A stretch of DNA of 63,935 bases, the filler included, from Octopus bimaculoides (lineage: Eukaryota), in the NCBI RefSeq assembly GCF_001194135.2. It is 13 parts of 12 records of this genome, joined end to end, with 100 filler letters (N's around TTAATTAATTAA, not from the genome) between each part and the next. Parts side by side here need not be neighbours in the genome. Positions count along the whole stretch, not along the records: positions 48,105 to 55,505 come from NC_068982.1; positions 55,606 to 57,457 come from NW_026367064.1; positions 57,558 to 60,914 come from NC_068986.1; positions 61,015 to 62,283 come from NC_069007.1; positions 62,384 to 63,935 come from NC_069005.1; 8 more parts are not named here. One strand, written 5' to 3'. Made by a program: the position numbers and the translations under genes. The notes below the pieces were generated by a model that did not search any database, had not been told where the DNA came from, and worked only from the letters and a program-made list of their open reading frames with translations. Shown in pieces: positions 54,331 through 63,935 of this stretch (the stretch's first letter is position 1; every line of letters begins with the position of its first letter).

Positions 54331-55077
54331 TTAGTTGAGAGAGGGATGTCCCATATGGGGATGTATTCAATTGAATGTTTATACCTGGCATATTGTAGGG
54401 CACACCCAATCATCCAACCTCTGTGTATTAAACCAACAATATTTTTTATCCCCTTTTAATTCCTTAACCATCAGTTACAATTTTCTATCAATATTTTTAC
54501 TTACTACCTAAAATATTCTTCTCTCCTTATATTTCTACTCCCTCCTCCTCCAACTCCCTCCACCCGTAAATGTACAAATACATGTGCCTACATATCCTCC
54601 ACCATTTCATAAGTTCTCTTTTTTTTTTTTGTACCAATCTACACCTTTCAGCCATAAAAGCTCCCCTCAAATACAAACAATCACTAGCCATACTTAAATT
54701 CCTGATCCTACCTTGCTTTATTTATACATACTTTCTCTTTTACCCCATGACCAAAAATATCTCCTCACCCTCTCCCCTCCGATTTCTCTTCTCTTCAAAT
54801 GCCAATCCCACTACTGAATTCTATGATTAACCTGGAATTACTATATTGTCTACTACCATCCTGTTCAATTTCTCCTTTCTCTCACTCCCCTATATTTTAT
54901 TTTATTTTATTCTGTTTTATTTACTTATTTTTCTTAGTCTCCTTTCTTCCCTTCTTCTATTATTTCTCCCCATATTTATACACCCATCACATACTGTGCC
55001 TTCTACATATTCTGATTGAATCCTCTTTGCATCAACATGTACCTCCTTGCAACAATGTAGATTTTAATCTAATCAAG

Positions 55078-55178
55078 ATATCCTTGACCTGAAGAGTAGC
55101 TGGCGGTAGTATGCACCTCACTTAAATTTTTACCACTGTGAGGTTCCACTTGCTACGAAACATATGTAGCCCGGATAT
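55078..55178 (+). ncRNA. Type I hammerhead ribozyme with extended stem II (PLE-associated)
   Basis: ATATCC-ttga-C | CTGAAGA (55089-95) | GTAGC ... GCTAC (55096-100/55152-56, enclosing a CCTCAC/GTGAGG sub-hairpin) | GAAAC-ATAT-GTA (55157-68; palindromic ACATATGT stem III) | G-ccc-GGATAT. All core nucleotides are present. Confidence 0.75.
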
Positions 55179-55457
55179 TCCATACTCCATTCTGTAACTC
55201 TTGTATTCTTTTTCACACACTTGGTAACCCTGGAATATAAAAAGAACTTTTTTTTCAGTTCATCATTCTTTGATAAAGAAAAAAAATCCGTGGGAGTAGC
55301 TGTGTGGTAAATAGCTTGCTTACCAACCACATGATTCTGGGTTCAGTCCCACTGCGTGGCACCTTGGACAAGTGCCTTCTACTATAGGTTTGGGCCGACC
55401 AAAGCCTTGTGAGTTGATTTGGCAGACAGAAACTGAAAGAGGCCCGTTATATATATG

Positions 55458-55505
<48 letters not shown>

Positions 55506-56019
55506 NNNNNNNNNNNNNNNNNNNNNNNNNNNNNNNNNNNNNNNNNNNNTTAATTAATTAANNNNNNNNNNNNNNNNNNNNNNNNNNNNNNNNNNNNNNN
55601 NNNNNTTATGTTCAAATGGTGCTATTTACGTGACACTAGCACAGAAGCCAGACAGCTGCTTTGGCAAAGATTCATTCACACAAGTGGGTGGTCAGACAAG
55701 AGAAAAAGTATTTAAGATATTCAGTAGGAGTTATATGTATTACTATTCAAATCAAATCAAGTCACAGAGAGCAGAGTCCTAATGGTGTAATAATAATCCT
55801 TTCTACTAATGGCACAAGGCCTAAAATTTTTGTGGGAAAGAACTAGCTGATTACATCGCCCCCCCTCCCCGCTTCAGTGTTTCACTGACACTTAATTTAT
55901 TGACCCTGATAGGATGAAAGGCAATGTCAACCTCAGCAATATTTGAACCCTGAACATAAGGACGGGTGAAATGCTGCTAAGCATTTTGCCCAGCCTGAAA
56001 ATGGTTCTGCCAGCTCATC

Positions 56020-56129
56020 AGGAGTGGATGTGTGGTAAGAAGTTTGCTTCCCAACCACATGGTTCTGAGTTCAGTCCCACTGTGTAACACCTTATGAGTG
56101 AATTTGGTAGATGGAAACTGAAAGAAGCC

Positions 56130-56165
<36 letters not shown>

Positions 56166-57143
56166 NNNNNNNNNNNNNNNNNNNNNNNNNNNNNNNNNNN
56201 NNNNNNNNNNNNNNNNNNNNNNNNNNNNNNNNNNNNNNNNNNNNNNNNNNNNNNNNNNNNNNNNNNNNNNNNNNNNNNNNNNNNNNNNNNNNNNNNNNNN
56301 NNNNNNNNNNNNNNNNNNNNNNNNNNNNNNNNNNNNNNNNNNNNNNNNNNNNNNNNNNNNNNNNNNNNNNNNNNNNNNNNNNNNNNNNNNNNNNNNNNNN
56401 NNNNNNNNNNNNNNNNNNNNNNNNNNNNNNNNNNNNNNNNNNNNNNNNNNNNNNNNNNNNNNNNNNNNNNNNNNNNNNNNNNNNNNNNNNNNNNNNNNNN
56501 NNNNNNNNNNNNNNNNNNNNNNNNNNNNNNNNNNNNNNNNNNNNNNNNNNNNNNNNNNNNNNNNNNNNNNNNNNNNNNNNNNNNNNNNNNNNNNNNNNNN
56601 NNNNNNNNNNNNNNNNNNNNNNNNNNNNNNNNNNNNNNNNNNNNNNNNNNNNNNNNNNNNNNNNNNNNNNNNNNNNNNNNNNNNNNNNNNNNNNNNNNNN
56701 NNNNNNNNNNNNNNNNNNNNNNNNNNNNNNNNNNNNNNNNNNNNNNNNNNNNNNNNNNNNNNNNNNNNNNNNNNNNNNNNNNNNNNNNNNNNNNNNNNCA
56801 AATCTCTTGATTTTGTTTTTGGTTTTTATCCTACCAAATTCTGGTGCCTCAAGCATTTTAAGTACCACATTTAATCTTTTGATTAAATCTATATTATATA
56901 TATATATGTATGTATATATGTATGTATGTATGTATGTGTGTGTGTGTGTGTTTGTCCCCTGACCATCGCTTGACAATTGATGTTGGTGTATTTACGTCTC
57001 TGTAACATTAGCGGTTCAGCAAAAGATCGATAGAATAAGCACTTGACTTACAAAGAATAAGTCCTGGGGTCGATTTGTTCGGCTAAAGGTGGTGCTCCAG
57101 CATGGTCACAGTCAAATGACTGAAACAAGTAAAAGAATAAAAG
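56020..57143 (+). mobile_element. SINE family A head and tail separated by microsatellite and N gap
   Basis: Head 56020-56135, tail 56940-57143. Other heads or halves at 219-368(-), 3947-4116(+), 11103-11182(-), 29392-29545(+), 38525-38745(-), 55289-55447(+), 63040-63185(-). Confidence 0.65.
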
Positions 57144-57378
57144 ACTATATATATATATATACATATATTCTATGTCACTATGGAAAATCATCATAGGGTT
57201 AATGTCTTTGAGAGGTTCAGTCTATCGACGTGTGTGTGCGTATACAGACACACACATACACGTATATCCAGAATCATTCTTATGCCTCCATGTATGCATA
57301 ATTTTTCATATTTTTCCAAATGCTTTGAGTGAAGGAAATAATGATCATACACACACATGTATATATGCACTCTCTCTA

Positions 57379-57411
<33 letters not shown>

Positions 57412-58130
57412 CACGTGTGTGCATGTATGTATGAGATCGTGTACAGTGCACATATTTNNNNNNNNNNNNNNNNNNNNNNNNNNNNNNNNNNNNNNNNNNN
57501 NTTAATTAATTAANNNNNNNNNNNNNNNNNNNNNNNNNNNNNNNNNNNNNNNNNNNNCTCTTTCCTTCTCTTTTCTCTCTCTCTCTCTCTCTCTCTATCT
57601 CTCACTTTCTCTCTCTATCTCTCACTTTCTCTCTCTATCTCTCACTTTCTCTCTCTTTCTCTAACTCTCTCTTTTCTCTAACTCTCTCTTTTCTCTAATT
57701 CTTTTCCTCTCTTTTTTCTCCCCTTTCTCTCTCTCTCTCTCTCTCATTCTCTCTTTCTCGCTCTCTCTCTAACTTTTTCTTTTTCCCTAACTCTTTCCCT
57801 CTCCGTTTCTCTCTTTCTTTCCATCTATCTCACTCTCTCCCTCTAACTCTTCTTTTCATTCTCTCTCTCTCTCTCTCTCTCTTTGCTTTTCTTTTTTCTT
57901 TCTTTCTCACATACGTATCCATATATACATTCAATATGCACTTTCACTCACACACACATACACGCACACAAACACACATGCATACATCGCCCCTACCAAT
58001 CACACACACACACACATTCCTAAACAAATGTTACAAGTAAGGCTTCCTGTCTGTACCCGTAATGTACATCCGTTAATGCAAAATGTCTATGAAGACGGAT
58101 GGGCTTTAAAACACACCTCAATCTATATTC

Positions 58131-58354
58131 CAGACGTGGGCAACCATTTTTGAGAAGCTGGCCACATGAGACATGGTTCATCATTAAGTGGGCTGCACTA
58201 TGAAAAAAACAAAAAAAATGACAGTAAAATTTCGTTAGGCGTGCTATTCAGAAAGTGCTGCAGGCCGCACTATGAAAAACAAAAAAATTCAAGGTAATAT
58301 TTTGTTAGGTGTGCCATTCAGAAAGTCTTGCGAGTCGCAGGTTGCCCATGACTG
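58131..58354. mobile_element. hAT-like MITE with internal duplication of about 70 bp
   Basis: TIRs CAGACGTGGGCAACC / GGTTGCCCATGACTG; two copies of gcactatgaaaaa...gttagg.gtgc.attcagaaagt. Confidence 0.6.
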
Positions 58355-58356
58355 CT

Positions 58357-58424
<68 letters not shown>

Positions 58425-58555
58425 AAATATCGGTTTCGAGTTTTGGTACAAGGCCAGTAATTTCGTGCGCGAGGTGGTGTAAGTCGATGATATTGACCCC
58501 AATAATCAATTGGTGTTTATTTTATCGACTCCGTAAGGTAGAAAGGCAAAGTCAA

Positions 58556-58782
58556 GAAAGACGGCGAGCTGGCAGAAACGTTAGCACGCCGGGCGAAATG
58601 CTTTGCGGTATTTCGTCCGCCGCTGCGTTCTGAGTTCAAATTCCGCCGAGGTCGACTTTGCCTTTCATCCTTTCGCGGTCGATAAATTAAGTACCAGTTA
58701 CACACTGGGGTCGATGTAATCGACTTAATCCGTTTGTCTGTCCTTGCTTGTCCCCTCTATGTTTAGCCTCAATAAAGAAATA
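58556..58782 (+). mobile_element. SINE family B inserted antisense into an older family B copy
   Basis: 16-bp TSD AGAAAGGCAAAGTCAA at 58540-58555 and 58783-58798; host halves at 58440-58555 and 58783-58890 are minus-oriented. Confidence 0.85.
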
Positions 58783-59601
58783 AGAAAGGCAAAGTCAACC
58801 TCGGTGGCATTTGAACGCAGAACGTAAAGACGGATGAAATGCTGGTAAGCATTTTGTCCGATGCGGTAACGATTCAGCCTGCTCGCTGCCTTTCATACAT
58901 GCAAAAAATAAATAAATAAATAAATAAACATAAGCAAGAACACACACATACGCACACAGATACATGCACACACACACACACACACACACACAAACATATG
59001 CATACATACACACATACCCAGAATCTGTCTCCCTCACACACACGCTCGTGCGTGCATTGTTAAAGCGTCGTATCGAGCAGCTTACTTGCAATGTTTACTT
59101 CAGCTTCCTTCGATCAGAGTTCAAATCTCGACGTGGTCGTCTTTACTTTTCAAGATCAAAATATCTGAATTACGAAATAGCCGTACGGGGTGGGGTACCT
59201 TACGGTTATTTGTAATAGAGGCAAGGACCATAAAAAGGGGGTCATTTACATTCGTATAAACTGACCCTGTAAGTAGTGTGTATTTGACCCGTACTACTCT
59301 AAGCTATATCTACAGTGAGAATTTAACTCGACGCTGCAAATTCTAGGCGATGTCTCTAATATTTCATTGTTTTTCTGGCATCGTCAGAAAGCGAAGCATT
59401 CGGGGAAATGGAAATAGCTGCTTAAATTAACCATAGTGTTAAGCTGGTAATTCTTTTCTTGAATATTTAGCAATGTAAAGTATAGCTAACGTCGAGTGGA
59501 TTTGAACTCTGAATATAAAGAGGCATAACTGAATGTTCAACTCTCTACCGATTCTATGAATCTATCGTCCTTTCACTATTAACAGAACACCTACCCACAC
59601 A

Positions 59602-59935
59602 GGGACAACAGTTTTTCATACACTGTTATACATTTGTCGACACACAGCGCACAGTCTTTCATACACCCTCTCATACATATTCTCTACACGCAGACCATAG
59701 TTTTTCCTGCGCTGCATCATATATTTGTCGACACATGGACGACAGCTATTCATACACCCTAGCATACATTTGTCCATAAGCGGACCATAGTTTTTCATAC
59801 AATGTATCATGCATTTGTCCACACGTGGATCATAGTTTTTCATACACTGTATCATATCATACCTTTGTCCACAAACGGATCAATTTTTCATACACCCTAT
59901 CATACATTTGTCCACATATGGACAACAGTTTTTCG
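59602..59935. repeat. 45-bp minisatellite, about 7.5 diverged units
   Basis: Consensus approx GGACCATAGTTTTTCATACACCCTATCATACATTTGTCCACACAT; units 3-5 are exactly 45 bp (59691, 59736, 59781). Confidence 0.9.
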
Positions 59936-60178
59936 AACAACATATGATAAGCCTCCGTTCATTCAGTGAAATAATTCTCGCTCATATTCATATGGAAGTC
60001 ATTCAGCTGACTGAAAAAATAATTTACCTCATACAGTGAAATTTTACTACAGAAGTATACATTTATCAATTCTCTTCACCTCTACCGCTGTAATTACAAA
60101 GGGATTCTTCTCGGGGGGTTTCTAGCTCCGTTAAAGCTATTATGCTCCACCTGCTAGCTCTCTTTTCATTATTCTTAC

Positions 60179-60205
60179 CTTGTATCTCTTCATTACATCA
60201 ACATA
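60179..60205 (-). CDS. Candidate 27-nt coding mini-exon (YVDVMKRYK), phase 0-0, host gene unidentified
   Basis: Minus strand reads atgctgttttcag|TATGTTGATGTAATGAAGAGATACAAG|gtaaga: strong acceptor and donor, with only frame 0 open. Confidence 0.55.
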
Positions 60206-60521
60206 CTGAAAACAGCATGTTCAGTTATTCCTCTAAGAACTTTGTTTCTTTTGTTGGTCTCATTATTTTATACATGTTCTTTTCTATGCAAACATCTAGG
60301 AGAGACAAAGAGAAAGACAGAGGTGGGGAAAGAGGAAGGGAAGACAAACAAGGAGAAAGGGGTATGCAACACGGGTATGGGTAGAGGAGAGGTGAAAGGG
60401 AAGTATTAAACTGCATCAAACTAACTTACAGCCCCATGCGCTTTTGTATATTGCGGGACACCAACAGCGACGCAACCAGCTTTGGTGCCAGATATTAGCA
60501 CACCCTAGTAGCACAGGCGAT

Positions 60522-60573
<52 letters not shown>

Positions 60574-60682
60574 GTGTGCACGTGCGCGTGGTTGCACATG
60601 CACACGCACACATATACATATATGTGCGTGTATGTATGTATATATGAATTTATGTACGTATGTATGTATGTATGTATGTATG

Positions 60683-60914
60683 TATCAGGTCATCCCATAA
60701 GTTCAGTCCGAATTTTGAATAAAGAAAACAAACGATCAAATGCTATATTTAATTGAAATTTAACCATCAATGTACTTTCCCTGATTATCTATGACTTCCT
60801 TCCATATATTTACAAGCTTTTTAATCCCATCAATGTAAAACTCTTTTGGTTTCAAAGCGAAGAACTCTGAAATGCCATTTTTTACCTCCTCCTGGCTTGA
60901 GAAGGTTATGTTTC
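60683..60914 (-). mobile_element. Mariner transposon 3' end with TIR
   Basis: ITFSSQEEVKNGISEFFALKPKEFYIDGIKKLVNIWKEVIDNQGKYIDG* (stop 60760-62); terminus TA|TCAGGTCATCCCATAAG. Confidence 0.85.
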
Positions 60915-61199
60915 NNNNNNNNNNNNNNNNNNNNNNNNNNNNNNNNNNNNNNNNNNNNTTAATTAATTAANNNNNNNNNNNNNNNNNNNNNNNNNNNNNN
61001 NNNNNNNNNNNNNNCACTGCGCCATACCACCGCAACTGCCTCAGGTTTCCGCCGCTGCGTCACGTCATACAGACGTAGCAAAACTGTAACGTCGTCGTAT
61101 AAGTGACATAACATCATCCCGCTATGACGTTTCTACATTGTGACATCACCATGTCATAAAATTATGACGTTCACAAACATCCACCTCATTACCACGTTG

Positions 61200-61271
61200 T
61201 GACGTCACACCGTTATGACGGCACATCGTTATGACGGCACACCGTTATGACGTCACACCGTTATGACGTCA
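61200..61271. promoter_or_regulatory. Tandem array of CRE-like sites (5 x 16 bp)
   Basis: TGACGTCA at 61200, 61248, 61264 and TGACGGCA at 61216, 61232; exact 16-bp period. Function unproven. Confidence 0.4.
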
Positions 61272-62199
61272 TCACATTGTAAAAACATCTCATCATTGTT
61301 CAGTGACATCAGTCTGTGACATCACTGCATCACTGCATTATGACCTCCAAACACATTACTGCATAATCGCACAGCAACGAGCCAACGAAAGAGTCTCAAC
61401 AGGATACCTATCCCAGCTAAAAATAGCAGCCAAATTTCAGGCAATTTCAGCTTAATTTCTGAAGAAATTGAAGGATGCATTTGCGAATGTTTGCAATATA
61501 CAGAAAAGAGAACGTAAAGAATGGCATGGCTGGAGTGTCTTTTAGTATAGTGGTTCATCATAAGTCTTTTTGTTGGTAGTACGCAATATAAAGCAGGCTG
61601 CGTGTGAGGACAAGAATGACTACAATAATTTATATTTGAGTTTCAATATATTTTCATCAACCCGCATCGTTTATACTTATTCGTGTCTTCTAAAGCACTT
61701 CGCTCCTTATCGACCCCAGCACATCGACAACTCTCCTTCACTGTTTTCGATCTTCAGCTGCCTTTTCTGCTTCTTTTCAGTTGGATCCCTGTCTGTTCAG
61801 CACTGTCTCTGTATCCTGGCTCTAGCTATTTTAGGGCATCCTCTCTTCTACCTCTCTCGTGTGTGCCAGGTCGATGCCTAACAAGTAATATAGGATGTTG
61901 GTTTCCTTAATGTGTGGCCTATCCCCTACATGTTAAAGTTAGTACCTTTTTTGTCGAAAACTTCATAAGCGTGTCATTTAACACGCTTATGAAAGAGGGC
62001 GAGCGACCAACTCACTGAATAAGGTGATATAGATTCGTCTGGGCAGCTGAAATGTTCTGATCTAAGAATGAATTTGACAACTTTTAGAACTTTACGCAAT
62101 ATTTGAGTTTCAATATATTGGGACCGCACCACATGATAACACTTCCAATCAATTAAGATCAGAAGCCATGAGAGCCACTGCCTGGTACTGCATCCGGGC

Positions 62200-62283
<84 letters not shown>

Positions 62284-62543
62284 NNNNNNNNNNNNNNNNN
62301 NNNNNNNNNNNNNNNNNNNNNNNNNNNTTAATTAATTAANNNNNNNNNNNNNNNNNNNNNNNNNNNNNNNNNNNNNNNNNNNNACCTCTGTCTTATCATT
62401 AAAACACTGATTTAATTATGAACATAGAAAGAAATTATACATTAATTCCTTTTTTTGTAAAATGTTGTATCCGTAAAAAAATTATTTGCAGAGAGCAGAA
62501 ATTGAAAGAATATATATGAAATGGACATATGTGTGTGTGTGAG

Positions 62544-62575
<32 letters not shown>

Positions 62576-63535
62576 CGCGTGTGTGTGTGTGTGTGCATGC
62601 GTGCATACGTGCGTGCGTGCTCATCGTATAAAATTTTTATGATAGTTGATTTATGGAAAAGATTTTGAAATGCAAATATGAAAATTAAGTTTAAACCTCT
62701 ACATGATAGCTAGACCTGCTGTATATGCCTGCTGTGTGAACAACTGGTTGTTTTAATGGCAGAACAACCAAGGGAATTCCATTAGAAAAGTTTTAATCGA
62801 TTTTCTCACTAACTATGGAGGCCAGGCAAAAAATACAAACCGCATTCCAATGTATACATCTGTCTCCACATGTGTACCATTTTTCATGCAAATCCACCCA
62901 CCCGTTTAGCTGTGAACTTCATGACAAGAAAGAATACAACGATCGACCACGTTCAATTTATATTATAGATATACATATATGTGCATATATGTATATACAT
63001 ATTTTTATGCATATATATATATATATATATATATATGGGACGGGCTTCTTTCAGCTTCCGTGTACAAAATCCACTGACAAGATTTTGCTCAGCCTAAAGC
63101 TCAAAGTAGAAGACGCTCGCTGAATTTACGCAGTTGCAGGACAGAACACGGAAGCATCTACTTGGGAAGCAAGACTCCTGCCACATGAAATCTTCTGAGG
63201 TTGGCAACGAGATTATTTATTATTTAAAAGCTTCCAAATTTATACGACTTGAAAGAAATACGGTATATTCGAGATGAGTAGAATTACTTTTGCGTCGTTT
63301 GCCTTGTGAGGTAGATCGTAATATATTGGCAAAAGTGTGTTCTGTATTACAGCTTAAAATTTACAATCACAACTACAAAAGTTTGTGCTCTCATACAAAC
63401 AAGAATATACATACATCCACACGTGTGTATGCATAGTCAGATTCCGGTAGTGGCAACTTCTAGAAGTTCTAACTTGGTGTGCGATGGTTGCTGAAAAAGT
63501 GATATACACTAAAAAATACATATAGAAAAGAAAAC

Positions 63536-63571
<36 letters not shown>

Positions 63572-63935
63572 ATGTATATTTTTATATACATTTGTGTTTA
63601 TGTGTGTGTGTATACATTATTTGGCAAGCTTTTTTCAGTCTCCACTCGAAATGCATCACTCGGGACAAGACAGATACTCGAAATGCCATGCAATGGGAAT
63701 GAACCAGGAACCATGTGACTGGAGAGCAAAATTCATTACTGCATCACCATACATACTCCTATATATATATACATGCTCCAGCATGTTCATAAAATAGCTA
63801 AAGTTAAATGTCTTAGAAGGCACGTTTAACTCGGTTGAATGAAGTACAATGAGTTGCCAATCGAGTGTATGGCTAGGTGACGAAACTTTCGCAAATTCTT
63901 TTAGGTCTTGAGTTCACACACACAGACACACACAC

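Noticed and set aside
59602-59935. CRISPR-like array (palindromic repeats)
   Set aside because: Units are contiguous with no unique spacers, no cas genes, eukaryotic context.
61962-61993. 13-bp perfect hairpin TTCATAAGCGTGT/ACACGCTTATGAA
   Set aside because: Real but short; lies between decayed retroelement fragments, with no ribozyme core or other context to assign function.
63825-63895. LRR-like peptide NLRKFRHLAIHSIGNSLYFIQP on the minus strand
   Set aside because: Bounded by stops two codons upstream and just downstream; no polypyrimidine acceptor.

Overview
Eukaryotic, AT-rich, gap-riddled draft-assembly DNA, most likely from an octopus or other coleoid cephalopod. That assignment is inferred from the tRNA-derived SINE families and the extreme microsatellite load, not from a database search. 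Almost all ORFs in the supplied track are artefacts of microsatellites or N-runs. The real content is: (i) a few small, well-bounded minus-strand exons (a 27-nt mini-exon, a 170-nt exon encoding an LRR C-terminal cap, and 55-nt and 110-nt exons, the latter coiled-coil), whose splice phases do not chain into one gene; (ii) many copies of at least three SINE families plus RTE 3'-end elements; (iii) decayed LINEs (CR1-like, R4/Dong-like, RTE); (iv) at least five Penelope-like element (PLE) relics of two types; (v) Tc1, Tc3-like and mariner transposase relics and mariner, pogo-like and hAT MITEs. The most interesting signals are hammerhead-ribozyme motifs near the PLE relics: an apparently intact type I hammerhead with a long branched stem II (55078-55178, decayed sister copy at 22097-22196) and a 33-nt minimal hammerhead whose conserved C3-G8 pair is replaced by a compensatory A3-U8 pair (34659-34691, minus strand). 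Other notable items are a 16-bp-period array of CRE (TGACGTCA) sites, a chimeric retroposon with a 32-bp target-site duplication, a SINE inserted antisense into its own family, a perfect 27-bp hairpin and a 45-bp minisatellite. Twelve 100-nt N44-TTAATTAATTAA-N44 spacers are artificial contig joins, so adjacency across them is not guaranteed. No rRNA, true tRNA or CRISPR array was found.
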